Assembly (NCBI GenBank): GCA_963799485.1 | Contig: CAWCXJ010000006.1 | Coordinates: forward strand, 608,001-672,000 | From: an uncultured Trueperaceae bacterium | Lineage (GTDB): Bacteria > Deinococcota > Deinococci > Deinococcales > Trueperaceae | DNA length: 64,000 nt | Reading direction: 5' to 3' | Shown: piece by piece, positions 49,925 through 60,156 of the stretch | How the letters are laid out: each line of letters opens with the position of its first letter | Numbering within the stretch: the first letter of the stretch is position 1 | Position numbers and translations under genes: made by a program | The notes under the pieces: model-generated | Seen by the model: only the letters and a program-made list of their open reading frames with translations | Database searches by the model: none | What the model was told of the DNA's origin: nothing

Positions 49925-50959
49925 TCACATCGTCTTTGTGACCTTGTTCAGATGCCGTGACGCGTCCGGGTTCAGGCCTTTGGCGTTCGCCAGATGCAGC
50001 GCCAACAGCTGACCGGCGACCACCAGCGCGAACGCCTGCGTAACCGGCGGGTAGCCGGTGGGTAGAGCGGCGGCGGCGACAGCCTCACCCAGAGCTTCTC
50101 CGCCCGAACCGATAACGCTCAGGTCGGCGTTGACGGCGCGGAGTTTGGCGGCGGCTTCGGCGTTAGACGCGCCCGTCGCGTCGCCTAGTGCGAGCATCAG
50201 CACCGGGTCACTGGGGTTTACGGCGGCAATCGGGCCATGCTGAAACTCGGCGGACGAGTAGGCTTCGGCGTGAAGGTAGCAGGTCTCTTTGAGTTTGAGG
50301 GCGGTCTCGAGCGCCGGAGCATACGAGAGCCCGCGACCCAGCACGTACAGGCTGCGGGCGTGGGTGAGCCGGAGGGCGGTCTCTTTTACGGCCTCGGACA
50401 GCTCCAGAGTCCGGTTCAGCGCCGCCGGAACCGCGTAAAGCGCGTCCAGCAATCCCTTATCTTCGCCCCAATGGGCGACGAGCAGCGACAAGAGCAGTAG
50501 CTGCGTCGAAAACGTTTTGCTGGCGGCCAAGGCTTGCTCGCGCCCGGCCCCTTGCAACAAGGCGTAGTCGGCGGCGCGCACCAAACTGCTCCCTGAGTCG
50601 TTGCTGAGCGCAACCGTGAGCGCGCCCGCCCGTTTTAGAGCGGTGAGACCCTCTAGCACGTCGCTGCTTTCGCCCGACTGACTGACGCCGATAGCGAGCG
50701 TATTCCCGGTTTGCAGCTGCGCCGCGTAAACACTCAAGAGGCTCGGTGGCAAGCTCGCAACGGGCAGACCCAGCGTTTGCCCTGCCAGATAGCCCAAAAA
50801 AGTTACGGCGTGGTCTGAAGAACCCCTTGCCAGCGTCACGATGAGTTTCGGGGCACGCGCCCTCAGTGTTTCGGCAACTTCCTGCACGGTTTTGTCTTCT
50901 AAAAGCCGTGCCAAGATTTCGGGTTGCTCGCGGATTTCGCGTTCAAAATGGGTCGTCAT
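49925..50959 (-). CDS. Double-SIS-domain protein (glucosamine-6-phosphate deaminase/isomerase type)
   Basis: ARGSS, SQSGES, ALKLKE, HGP and C-terminal LNKVTKT; no glutaminase domain. Confidence 0.85.
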   Translation of the reverse strand: MTTHFEREIREQPEILARLLEDKTVQEVAETLRARAPKLIVTLARGSSDHAVTFLGYLAGQTLGLPVASLPPSLLSVYAAQLQTGNTLAIGVSQSGESSDVLEGLTALKRAGALTVALSNDSGSSLVRAADYALLQGAGREQALAASKTFSTQLLLLSLLVAHWGEDKGLLDALYAVPAALNRTLELSEAVKETALRLTHARSLYVLGRGLSYAPALETALKLKETCYLHAEAYSSAEFQHGPIAAVNPSDPVLMLALGDATGASNAEAAAKLRAVNADLSVIGSGGEALGEAVAAAALPTGYPPVTQAFALVVAGQLLALHLANAKGLNPDASRHLNKVTKTM

Positions 50960-51825
50960 AAAACCTCCCGGATGCGGTTTTGATGCTGCTCGAGCCTCCC
51001 CATAGCTTCGTCCGGCCCCAAGCCGGTCAGCAGCATTACAATCGCGGTGCGAATATCGCCGCCGTCCGTGAGCGCGGTTTCAGCTTGGAGGGCGCTGCAG
51101 CCCGTCGCCTGCCTGACGATACGCGCCGCCCGTCCCCGGAGCTTGATATTGGTCGGTTTCATCCCGACCATCAGGTTGCCGTACGCGCCGCCCAAGCGCA
51201 CCAGCACGGCGGTCGAGAGGGCATTCAGGGCGATCTTTTGCGCGGTTCCGGCAGCTAAGCGGGTCGAACCGGCGAGGACTTCAGGGGGTGTCTCCAAGAG
51301 CACCCCGATTTCACCCGCGCTGAGCAGCGGGCTGCCGGCGTTGTTGGCCATCCCGACCGTAAACGCACCCTGCGCCCGCGCAAAGACGACCCCGGCCACC
51401 GTAAAAGGGGTACTGCCGCTCGCGGCAACGCCGACCACCGCGTCATCTTTGGTCAGCAAGAGGGCGCGGAGGCGTTCGCGGGCGTTTTCTTCGTCGTCTT
51501 CGGCACTCTCGACGGCCTTGCTGTCTGCACCTTCGCCCCCTGCCAGAACCGCGTGCGCCCGCTCGAAACCAAAGGTCGGCGGCAACTCGGCGGCGTCTTG
51601 CACCGCGAGTCGCCCCGAAGTCCCGGCCCCCAGGTAGACGAGGCGACCCCCGGCGGCGAGCGCCCGCTCTACGCCCGCAGCGGCCCGTTCCAGTTCGGGT
51701 AAAGCCTGCCGGACGGCTTCGGCGGCGGCGGCGTTGCTGTCTATCAGCGCCGAGAGCGTCCGGGACAGGGGCCAGGTGTCGAGGTCGGCGTAGGTCTCGA
51801 GCGAAGTTTCAGTCTTTAGGGTCAT
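50956..51825 (-). CDS. murQ: N-acetylmuramic acid 6-phosphate etherase
   Basis: GAGTSGRL, DAAELPPTFG, PEVLAGSTRLAAGTAQK, GNLMV. Confidence 0.92.
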   Translation of the reverse strand: MTLKTETSLETYADLDTWPLSRTLSALIDSNAAAAEAVRQALPELERAAAGVERALAAGGRLVYLGAGTSGRLAVQDAAELPPTFGFERAHAVLAGGEGADSKAVESAEDDEENARERLRALLLTKDDAVVGVAASGSTPFTVAGVVFARAQGAFTVGMANNAGSPLLSAGEIGVLLETPPEVLAGSTRLAAGTAQKIALNALSTAVLVRLGGAYGNLMVGMKPTNIKLRGRAARIVRQATGCSALQAETALTDGGDIRTAIVMLLTGLGPDEAMGRLEQHQNRIREVL

Positions 51826-51980
51826 AGTTAGGTCTTTCGTTTAGGATTGCGCGTTCGGTGCGCTTGACGGGTTGCGTGCGGCAAGCTGAGACCGTAAAAA
51901 TCAGAGGGAGTTTGCAGGTCGGCGTTTAGTATTGACTGAGGGCTGAACGATTCTGCCTCCCACATCCTGTCTCTCCTGAT

Positions 51981-52730
51981 TTACGGTGCCCGCAGCTCGA
52001 GCCCCAGCTGGTATTTGTCGCCCCGGTAGGCGCTCCGCACGAACTCGAAGGGGGTGTCGTCGGCTCCGAAGGTGGTGCGCTCCAAGGCGAGTACCGGGAC
52101 GCCGCGCGGCAACTCCAGAAGCTCGCGTTCACGGCGACTCGGTTGCCGCGCGCCGACGCTCTGCCGGGCGCGGCGCGGAATCAGCTCGTAGTGTTCGGCG
52201 AGGGCGCGATATAAGCTGCCGCTCTCTGACAGGGCCGCTTCGGGGAGCGCCGCGTAGGGCGGCGGCAGGTGCGCGACCTGCACGGCTAAGGGCTCGCCGT
52301 CGGCGGTGCGAAGCCGGGTGATGCGGCGTACCAGCGTACCGGGCGCTAACTTGAGGGCCGCAGCGACGCCCGCGTCGGCGGGCAGCGCGAGCGACTCGAG
52401 GAGGGTGCTGCCCGCCTCGAATCCCAGACTCTTGGCCTCGTCTGCAAAGCCGAGCACCCGGTCTACGGTCTGCTCGAGCCGCCGCGGCAGTACATACGTC
52501 CCTGAGCCCTGCCGCCGTTCGGCGAGCTTTTGCCCGACGAGCAGCTCGAGGGCGCGCCTTACTGTCATCCGCGACAGCCCCAGGGCGTCGGCGAGGTCGC
52601 GCTCCGACGGGAGCGCCTCACCGGGGGCGATGTCGCCGCCTAGAATGGCGCTCTGGAGTTTGTCCTGAAGCTGCAGGTAAGCGGGCGTCGGCTGCGTTTT
52701 GTCGATGGTGATGCCGAGCCCTAGCTGCAC
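51981..52730 (-). CDS. GntR/HutC-family regulator (NagR/DasR-like, UTRA domain)
   Basis: LPSERDLA...SRMTVRRAL...GSGTYV plus UTRA; GTG 52730 after GGAGG. Confidence 0.9.
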   Translation of the reverse strand: MQLGLGITIDKTQPTPAYLQLQDKLQSAILGGDIAPGEALPSERDLADALGLSRMTVRRALELLVGQKLAERRQGSGTYVLPRRLEQTVDRVLGFADEAKSLGFEAGSTLLESLALPADAGVAAALKLAPGTLVRRITRLRTADGEPLAVQVAHLPPPYAALPEAALSESGSLYRALAEHYELIPRRARQSVGARQPSRRERELLELPRGVPVLALERTTFGADDTPFEFVRSAYRGDKYQLGLELRAP

Positions 52731-52862
52731 GGCAGCAACCCCTCCGCGACGCGGTAAAAAGAAGGCCATACCGAAAAATGACCGGGCCCCCGCGCACTTT
52801 TGCTCATACCGGAAGTATACCTGTTTTAGACCAGTTTGTACAGCGCGTGGTAGAGTTCGGGC

Positions 52863-53897
52863 ATGGATATAGGGGCGGCGCGGCTGGGTCTAGAGGCTGC
52901 GGTTTTACGGGGCGAGGTGCCGGGAGTGGTCGCCGTCACAGGTGACGCGGAGCGCATCTTGCCGGTTGCGGTTTGTGGCGTCACACGCTTGGACGGGCCA
53001 CCGGTAACGTCTGACACATATTTCGACTTTGCCTCACTCAGCAAGGTGCTCGGCACGCTGCCCGCCGTGCTGAGCCTCGTTCAGGCCGGCAGAGTCTCGT
53101 TGGATAGTCCCGTAAAACACTTTTTTACGGGCGCAGGCTGGTTGCAAACGCCCTCTTTGGGCGACGCGACGGTTCGGCAGCTCTTGACCCACACGGCAGG
53201 TTTACCGGCGTGGCGGCCCCTCTACGCCGAAGCGAGCACCCGCCTGAGCGTTCTAGGCAACCTTTTACAAACGCCGCGCGTCCACCCGGCGGGCCGGGTC
53301 GTCTACAGCGACCCCGGTTTTATGCTGCTCGGCGCAACCGTTGAGCGCGTGAGCCGGGTGCGGCTCGACCTTTTTACGGCGGCGCACGTGTTCGGGCCAC
53401 TGGGGATGACGACGACCGGGTACGGCGTCCCGGACGGCGCAGCGGTTGCCGCTACCGAAGATTGCGGGTGGCGCGGGCGGGTGTTGCAGGGCGAAGTCCA
53501 CGACGAAAACGCCTTTGTCCTTGACGGCGTAGCGGGGCACGCAGGGGTGTTCGGCACCGCGTTTGATGTGGCCCGTTACGCGCAGGCGTGGCTGCGGCTT
53601 GAGGCTCCTTTCGCGTCTCCCGAGCTTTTGCGGCAGGCGACACTCGAGCACGCACGTGACGACTCGAGTGTGCGGCGCGGTCTGGGTTGGCAGCTCGCGG
53701 GGGCGGGCTCCTCAGCCGGGCACAACGTCAGCCGGAGCGCCTACGGTCACACCGGTTTTACCGGCACGAGTTTGTGGATAGACCCCGACAAAAACCGTTT
53801 TGCCGTCCTGCTTACCAACCGTGTTCACCCGTCCCGGACTTGCGGTCAAAACATCCACGCGCTGCGCGTCGCCTTTCACGACGCGGTGTTCGCCTAG
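52863..53897 (+). CDS. Serine hydrolase, beta-lactamase fold (AmiE-like)
   Basis: ASLSK (SxxK), LLTHTAG, YSD, GEVHDENA, GHTGFTG. Confidence 0.85.
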   Translation: MDIGAARLGLEAAVLRGEVPGVVAVTGDAERILPVAVCGVTRLDGPPVTSDTYFDFASLSKVLGTLPAVLSLVQAGRVSLDSPVKHFFTGAGWLQTPSLGDATVRQLLTHTAGLPAWRPLYAEASTRLSVLGNLLQTPRVHPAGRVVYSDPGFMLLGATVERVSRVRLDLFTAAHVFGPLGMTTTGYGVPDGAAVAATEDCGWRGRVLQGEVHDENAFVLDGVAGHAGVFGTAFDVARYAQAWLRLEAPFASPELLRQATLEHARDDSSVRRGLGWQLAGAGSSAGHNVSRSAYGHTGFTGTSLWIDPDKNRFAVLLTNRVHPSRTCGQNIHALRVAFHDAVFA

Positions 53898-53899
53898 CT

Positions 53900-55492
53900 G
53901 TGCGGCGGTTTTTTTGCCTGCTCGTCTGTTTGGTAGCGTCACCCGTTCAAGCGCAAGTCGGGCGGCTCCTCATGCTCTCTTTTAGTGGCACAAGCCCGCC
54001 CCTGGAGCGTCTGCACAAGCTTCGTCCGGCAGGGTTTATCTTTTTTCCGAACAACGTCGAAAGCGCCGCTCAGACCCGCACACTGACCCGGCAACTGCAA
54101 GCTGTCGCGGGGTATCCGCTTCTTTTCGGTATCGACCAAGAGGGCGGCACGGTCAGCAGTTTTCGCCCCGACGAGGCGACGTTGTTTCCCGGCAACATGG
54201 CGCTCGGCGCGGCGGGCGACCCGGCGCTGGCTCGAGCGGTCGGCCTGGCGCTCGGGCAAGAGCTGGCTTACGCCGGTTTTAATCTGGATTTTGCGCCCGT
54301 GCTGGACGTGGCGAGCGAACCGGACAATCCTGTCGTCGGGGTGCGGTCGTTCGGCTCGAGTCCCGTCGGCGTCGGGACACTCGGGGCAGCGTTTTCTCAG
54401 GGTCTAAAAGATGCCGGTGTCGCGGCGGTCGCCAAACATTTCCCCGGTCACGGCGGCACCAAAACCGATTCGCACCTGACTTTGCCGGTCGTCCAAAAAA
54501 GCCGAGCTGAGCTGGAGAGGCTCGAGCTACCCCCCTTCCTTGCCGCCGTCAAAGCCGGGGTTCCCGCCGTCATGAGCGCCCACGTCGTTTTTACGGCGTT
54601 AGACGACCGCCCTGCAACGCTCTCAAAACTCGTCCTGACAGGGCTTTTACGGCGCGAGCTGGGCTTTGAGGGCGTGGTGATCACCGACGCGCTCAACATG
54701 AAGGCGATTACGGGTACCGTCGGCCCCGGCAAAGCTGCCGTGCGGAGCGTCCGGGCAGGCGCGGACTTGCTCTTGTTGGTCGGTGACGCAACGCTGCAAA
54801 ACGAAGTTTACGGCGAGCTGAAAAAAGCCCTGGCAGACGGGCGACTGAGCCCTGAGAGGGTTCGTGAAGCGGTTCGGCGCACGTCACAACTGGCGCAGCG
54901 TTATCCCGTAAAAAACACGCCCCGCCCCAACTACGCCGCGCACCAAGCTCTCGCTGACAAGGTGGCGCGGCAAGCGGCGACCCTGTTATGGAACGACCGG
55001 ATTTCGGGGGCTGAGGTTTTGCCTATCCGACCCGCTCAAAACGTGCTGGTCGTCGCGCCCCAACCGCTCGGTTACGGCGACGCGGCGCACCTCGGCAGCG
55101 TCTTTAAGGCGGTACGCGGCGGTGTTCGGAGCGTCGTCGTCAGCGAACGTCCGACCAAACGGGAGCGTGCTGAAGCGGTGACGAAAGCGGTGAGCGCCGA
55201 CGTGGTGGTCTTGGCGAGCTATCACGGCTTCGGCGCGTTTCCGGCGGGCTTGGCAGCGTTGGGGGCCGACCTGGCAGAAACCGGTACGCCGCTCGTCGTC
55301 GTTACGCTCGGCAGACCCGGCGACCTGCGCTTTTTTTCCTCTCGCCCGGACGCTTACGCCGCTGTGTACGGCTACCGCGACGCGAACTTACGGGCGGCCA
55401 GGGACCTGCTGTTAGGTAAAAATCCGCCCCTCGGAACCCTGCCGGTGCCGGTCGGAACCTTCCCGGTCGGAGCCGGGTTAAAGGCTTATTGA
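53900..55492 (+). CDS. nagZ: GH3 beta-N-acetylhexosaminidase, probably exported
   Basis: IDQEGG, KHFPGHG...DSH, ITDALNM; signal-like N-terminus from GTG 53900. Confidence 0.88.
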   Translation: MRRFFCLLVCLVASPVQAQVGRLLMLSFSGTSPPLERLHKLRPAGFIFFPNNVESAAQTRTLTRQLQAVAGYPLLFGIDQEGGTVSSFRPDEATLFPGNMALGAAGDPALARAVGLALGQELAYAGFNLDFAPVLDVASEPDNPVVGVRSFGSSPVGVGTLGAAFSQGLKDAGVAAVAKHFPGHGGTKTDSHLTLPVVQKSRAELERLELPPFLAAVKAGVPAVMSAHVVFTALDDRPATLSKLVLTGLLRRELGFEGVVITDALNMKAITGTVGPGKAAVRSVRAGADLLLLVGDATLQNEVYGELKKALADGRLSPERVREAVRRTSQLAQRYPVKNTPRPNYAAHQALADKVARQAATLLWNDRISGAEVLPIRPAQNVLVVAPQPLGYGDAAHLGSVFKAVRGGVRSVVVSERPTKRERAEAVTKAVSADVVVLASYHGFGAFPAGLAALGADLAETGTPLVVVTLGRPGDLRFFSSRPDAYAAVYGYRDANLRAARDLLLGKNPPLGTLPVPVGTFPVGAGLKAY

Positions 55493-56610
55493 TGACGAAA
55501 CCTGCCTGCACGGTGCTGGGGCTGATGTCGGGCACCTCGTGCGACGGGGTAGACGCCGTAAAAGTCGTTTTGGAACTTACGGCGGGGGGGCTCGAGTGGA
55601 GCGTTTTAGACCGCGCCAGCCTCCCTTATCCCGCGCTCTTGCGCGAACGGCTGTTACGGTCGCTCGTCCCGGAAACCTCGGACGTTGCGGCCCTGACGCA
55701 GCTTCACGCCGAGCTCGGGGAGGTTTACGGTGACCTTGCCGAAACCCTTTTACCTTTCGACGTTGTTTCGCTTTCCGGGCAGACCGTCTACCATATCCCC
55801 CGTAAAGACGCGCTCTTGGGCTGGTCTACGGTGAGCACCTTGCAACTCGGTGAACCGGCCAGGGTTGCCGAACGGGTGCAGCGGCCCGTTTACAGCGGTT
55901 TTCGGCAGTCGGATATGGCGGCGGGCGGGCAGGGTGCGCCTTTGGTGGCGTTCGCCGACCTGAAACTCTTTTACGAACCGGGCCGCGCGGTCGGCGTACA
56001 CAATCTGGGCGGCGTCTCGAACCTGACGTATCTGCCCGCAGACGGCAATCCGGACGGCGTGATCGCCTTCGATACCGGGCCGGGAAACTGTTTGCTGGAC
56101 GAAGCGGCGACGCATTACTTTGGGCAGGCTTACGACGTGGGCGGGGCGTTGGCGGCGCAAGGACAAGTTGACGAAGACGTGCTGGCGACGTTGCTGGGGC
56201 ATCCCTACTTTTCGCTGCCGCATCCCAAAACGACGGGCCGCGAAACGTTTACGCTCCCCTCTTTTCAGGACTTGACAGGTTTGTCCGGGCGCGACGTTCT
56301 CGCTACCCTGAGCGCGTTGACGGCGGAAAGTGTGGCGCGAGCCTACCGACCTTTCGGCGTCGAGCAAATTTTTGTTGCAGGCGGCGGCGCTTACAACGCG
56401 ACCTTGATGCGCGAACTGCGTTTACGGCTGAACATCCCGGTTGACCCGTTAGATATTCGGGGCGGGACACCCAAAGACCGCGAAGCGCTCTGTTTTGCGG
56501 TGCTGGGGTATTACGCGCACGTCGGTCTGCCCAATACCCTGCCGAACGTTACCGGGGCGCGGCGGGCGGTCGTTGCCGGGACGCGCACCGGTGGCTACGG
56601 TGGCGCTTAA
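55492..56610 (+). CDS. anmK: Anhydro-N-acetylmuramic acid kinase
   Basis: GLMSGTSCDGVD, GGQGAPL, NLGGVSN, FDTGPGN, PKTTGRE. Confidence 0.93.
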   Translation: MTKPACTVLGLMSGTSCDGVDAVKVVLELTAGGLEWSVLDRASLPYPALLRERLLRSLVPETSDVAALTQLHAELGEVYGDLAETLLPFDVVSLSGQTVYHIPRKDALLGWSTVSTLQLGEPARVAERVQRPVYSGFRQSDMAAGGQGAPLVAFADLKLFYEPGRAVGVHNLGGVSNLTYLPADGNPDGVIAFDTGPGNCLLDEAATHYFGQAYDVGGALAAQGQVDEDVLATLLGHPYFSLPHPKTTGRETFTLPSFQDLTGLSGRDVLATLSALTAESVARAYRPFGVEQIFVAGGGAYNATLMRELRLRLNIPVDPLDIRGGTPKDREALCFAVLGYYAHVGLPNTLPNVTGARRAVVAGTRTGGYGGA

Positions 56611-57131
56611 CAACGGTACGAACCGGGTGAAAGTCGGCCTCGAGACCCTCGTGATTCAGGAGCCGGAGCCGACCTGCACGTCGTTCGTATGAACAGTTAT
56701 GACGGCTCTCCCGGGCCAAAACCGGCTTACCGTGGCGAGCGCCGTCACCGAACCTGCCGCGGCCTCAAAGCGCGCAGAGGTACCCGCTGACGGTGCTCGG
56801 GGGCACTCCCCTCAGCGAAGGGCGCGGGGGACGGACGCGCCGTTCGAGCCGCTGCGCGGGGTAAAGGTTCTCAGTGCAGCGGCAGCGTCCGGACTTCGGT
56901 TGGCCCGGTGAGACACGTCCCTTTGTCACGTCCTTTTGTCGACCTGTTAGCCGGGTCGGAGGTTTTACGGCGAACGGTTGACGGGGAGCTGAGTGACAAA
57001 GATTTTGAGGCGTGGCTGAGCGAAACGGCGGTGAGCGTGGGGCTCGAGCGACTCTACTTCTGACTTGCAAACCTGAAACTGGTACATAACTGGTAAAATT
57101 TATGCTATAACCAAGCTCTAAGGAGGTCATC

Positions 57132-58382
57132 ATGAAACGTTGGTTACTCGCCCTTTGCGGCCTGCTGCTCTTTACCCCGGTGGGGTCGGCGCAAACGCTC
57201 GAGATGTGGTCGTGGCGTACCGAGGATATAGACGCCTACAACCAGATTTTAGAGGCTTACACCGCCGAACACCCGGACGTGAGTGTCAACTTCGAGGCGT
57301 TCCTAAACACCGAGTACAACACGCTCGTCTCGACTTCGCTCCAGGCCGGGGACGCGGGCGACGTGGTGCAGACGCGCTCTTACGGCGGCGTCAAACCGTG
57401 GATCGACGGCGGCTATTTAGTTCCCTTAGACGGTCAGGAGAGCCTCGCCAACTATGAACCCGGCGTTTTGGACGCCGTGCGTTCACAGGAAAACGACCGG
57501 GTTTACGGTGTGCCCTTTGCCCTGCAAACGCTCCAGATGTTTTACAACAAAGCCATTTTCAACGAGCTGGGACTCTCGACACCGACCACCTGGGACGAGT
57601 TCGTCGCGCTCAACCAGACGCTCTTGGACGCCGGTTATATCCCGATGGCGACGACCGCCAAAGACGCCTGGATGCTGCCGATTTTGCACAGCATTATCGG
57701 GGCCGGAACCTACGGCGGCGATACCTTTGTAGAAGGCATCTTGAGCGGTGAAACGACCTTTGCAGACCCTGCCTTTGTCGAGAGCATTCAAGCCGTCAAA
57801 GACCTGCAAGCTTTTTTCCCGCCCGACGTGACGGCGGTCGCCTACACGGACGCGCAAACGCTCTTTACCACCGAAATGGCGGCGATGTTTCCCGGTGGCA
57901 GCTGGGAGGGTGCGTACTTCAGGAGTCAGAACCCCGACCTAGACCTCGGCGTTTTTACGGTTCCGGCAAAAGGTACGGACGCGCAGCTCAGCTCGTGGTT
58001 TGTCGACGGCGCTTGGGCGGTCAGTACGAGTACAGAAGATCAGGAGGCGGCCTTGGAGTTCGTCAACTGGCTCGGCTCGCCTGACTTCGGGCAGCGTTTT
58101 ACCGATACGCTGGCGCAGATTTCGCCCATCAAAGGTGTGACCCCGACCGACCCGCTGCTTAAGGACATCGTTTCGCTCTACGACGAGGCCGCAACGCCGT
58201 ACCTGCTGCTGGTTCACTTTCGCTACGGCACACCTTCCGGCACGGACGTGATCGGTGAAGACATGCAAAAGCTCTTTCTGGACGATATGAGCGCCCAAGA
58301 GGTTGGGGCCGACTTGCAGGCCAAGCTGTCGAGCTGGTTTACGCCCGGTCAGAGCGCGTCAAACACGTCAGCCGGCAACTAG
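57132..58382 (+). CDS. Sugar ABC substrate-binding protein
   Basis: Signal peptide; YGVPF...FYNKAIF...PTTWDEF; AGGAGG RBS. Confidence 0.9.
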   Translation: MKRWLLALCGLLLFTPVGSAQTLEMWSWRTEDIDAYNQILEAYTAEHPDVSVNFEAFLNTEYNTLVSTSLQAGDAGDVVQTRSYGGVKPWIDGGYLVPLDGQESLANYEPGVLDAVRSQENDRVYGVPFALQTLQMFYNKAIFNELGLSTPTTWDEFVALNQTLLDAGYIPMATTAKDAWMLPILHSIIGAGTYGGDTFVEGILSGETTFADPAFVESIQAVKDLQAFFPPDVTAVAYTDAQTLFTTEMAAMFPGGSWEGAYFRSQNPDLDLGVFTVPAKGTDAQLSSWFVDGAWAVSTSTEDQEAALEFVNWLGSPDFGQRFTDTLAQISPIKGVTPTDPLLKDIVSLYDEAATPYLLLVHFRYGTPSGTDVIGEDMQKLFLDDMSAQEVGADLQAKLSSWFTPGQSASNTSAGN

Positions 58383-58385
58383 CGC

Positions 58386-59321
58386 GTGAGCGGTCATGCA
58401 GGAACGACGCCGAAGGGGAGATTCAGCTCTCCCTTCTGGCGTTTTTTGCCCTTCTGGTTGCCCGCTCTTATCGTTTACACGCTCTTTATTATCTGGCCGC
58501 TCTTAAATGCGCTGCTTTACAGCCTGTTCGAGTGGCAGGGTCTCCGGCGCGGGGCATTTGTGGGCTTGGCGAACTTTGTCCGGCTCTTTACCACCGAGCC
58601 GTGGCGGAGCGACCTGGCGGCGGCGTTCGGGCACAACGTCGTCTTTTTTGTCGGGACGATGATCGTGCAAAATACGGTGGCGCTCGCCTTTGCCGTCATC
58701 CTTTTCAGCCTCCGGCGCGGCGGGCGTTTCTGGCAAAACCTGTTTTTCATGCCGCACCTGTTGGCAACCGTCGTCGTCGGGTTTTTGTGGAACTTAATTC
58801 TCAACCCGCTCTTTGGCCCGCTCAATCAGGGGCTTAAAGCGCTCGGTCTGGGCGCGCTCGCACAGCCGTGGCTGGGTCAACCTGAAACGGCGCTGCCGAC
58901 GATTATCGCCGTAAATGCCTGGGCGTGGCTGGGGTTTCCGATGATGATTTTTCTGGCGAATCTGGGCAGCATTCCGCCGAGTTACCTCGAGGCCGCCCGT
59001 TTAGACGGCGCGAACAGCTGGCAAGCTTTCCGGCGTATCCAGCTGCCCCTTTTGCGTCCGGCCCTGACTATCGTGACGCTCCTGACATTCATCGGCAACT
59101 TCAACACCTTCGAGCTGGTTTTCGTCATGGCGGGTTCCAACGGTTCCCCCGGCGGCGCAACGGATGTTCTCGGCACGTTTTTTTACCGCACGGCGTTCGG
59201 CGGCGGGCAAGACGCGGTGAGCATGGGTTCGGCGCTCGCGGTGGTGATGTTCGTCTTTATCGCGTTGACCTCGTTTACGGCGCTGTGGTTCTCGCGGCGA
59301 GAAACGGTCGTGTATGACTAG
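58386..59321 (+). CDS. Sugar ABC permease
   Basis: EAA loop EAARLDGANSWQAF. Confidence 0.9.
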   Translation: MSGHAGTTPKGRFSSPFWRFLPFWLPALIVYTLFIIWPLLNALLYSLFEWQGLRRGAFVGLANFVRLFTTEPWRSDLAAAFGHNVVFFVGTMIVQNTVALAFAVILFSLRRGGRFWQNLFFMPHLLATVVVGFLWNLILNPLFGPLNQGLKALGLGALAQPWLGQPETALPTIIAVNAWAWLGFPMMIFLANLGSIPPSYLEAARLDGANSWQAFRRIQLPLLRPALTIVTLLTFIGNFNTFELVFVMAGSNGSPGGATDVLGTFFYRTAFGGGQDAVSMGSALAVVMFVFIALTSFTALWFSRRETVVYD

Positions 59322-60156
59322 CTCATCTTCTCGTGGCGCCCGACTCCCGCGTATGACCCTTATCTACCTCGTGCTCGGGCTTTACGGGTTGAGCGTCGTC
59401 TACCCGGTCTTGCTGATGATCGTGTCGTCGTTTAAGGACTCGCGCGAAATCTTTACCGCGCCCTTTGCACTCCCGCAGAGCTGGAGTCCGGTCAACTATC
59501 TCGAGGCTTGGACGCAAGGAAACTTCTCGAGCTACTTCTTAAACAGCATCGTCGTAACGAGCGTGTCGGTCATCCTCGTTTTAATACTCGGTAGTCTGGC
59601 GGCGTACCCGCTCGGGCGCTACGCCTTCCGGGGCAAAACCTTCCTGAGCTTGTACTTTTTGGCCGGACTGATGCTCCCGATTCGCCTCGGTATCCTGCCG
59701 CTTTTCTTTTTGATGCGTACCCTCGGCCTGCTCAACACCCCGTTTTCGCTCATTGCCATCTACGTGGCGAGCGGCTTGCCCTTTACCATCTTCGTCTTGT
59801 CGAACTTTTTTGAGACGTTGCCCAGGGAGCTCGAGGAAGCCGCCCGTTTAGACGGCGCGAGCGAGTTTCGTATCTACGCACAGGTGATGCTGCCACTCGT
59901 GCGGCCCGCCCTGGCAACCGTGGCTATTTTCAACTTCATCCCCTGGTGGAACGATTTCTTTTTTCCGCTCATTTTTATCCGCGCCGAACGGTACAAAACG
60001 CTGCCGCTGGGCTTATTCAGCTTTTTCGGTGAGCACCAAAACGACTGGGCGCTGCTTTTTGCGGGCTTGACCATCACGACGCTGCCGCTTTTGGTCGTGT
60101 ATCTGTTTGCCAGCAAGCAGATTATCAAGGGTTTGACGACGGGGGCGATTCGCTAG
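59314..60156 (+). CDS. Sugar ABC permease
   Basis: LPRELEEAARLDGAS, WNDFFFP. Confidence 0.9.
   Translation: MTSSSSRGARLPRMTLIYLVLGLYGLSVVYPVLLMIVSSFKDSREIFTAPFALPQSWSPVNYLEAWTQGNFSSYFLNSIVVTSVSVILVLILGSLAAYPLGRYAFRGKTFLSLYFLAGLMLPIRLGILPLFFLMRTLGLLNTPFSLIAIYVASGLPFTIFVLSNFFETLPRELEEAARLDGASEFRIYAQVMLPLVRPALATVAIFNFIPWWNDFFFPLIFIRAERYKTLPLGLFSFFGEHQNDWALLFAGLTITTLPLLVVYLFASKQIIKGLTTGAIR

Noticed and set aside
49851..49925. AGCAATGAGT short repeats
   Set aside because: Explained as a hairpin terminator region between convergent genes.
51830..51975. RBS plus short ORF between the GntR gene and murQ as a nagA remnant
   Set aside because: No NagA motifs visible; the position is suggestive only.
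52863..53897. Beta-lactamase resistance gene
   Set aside because: Fold-level similarity only; the GEVHDENA motif and the nagZ/anmK context point to cell-wall recycling.
56914..57060. glmS ribozyme or other riboswitch upstream of the ABC binding protein
   Set aside because: Some hairpins and GTTGACG are present, but I could not find the AGCGCC catalytic core or the expected pairing.
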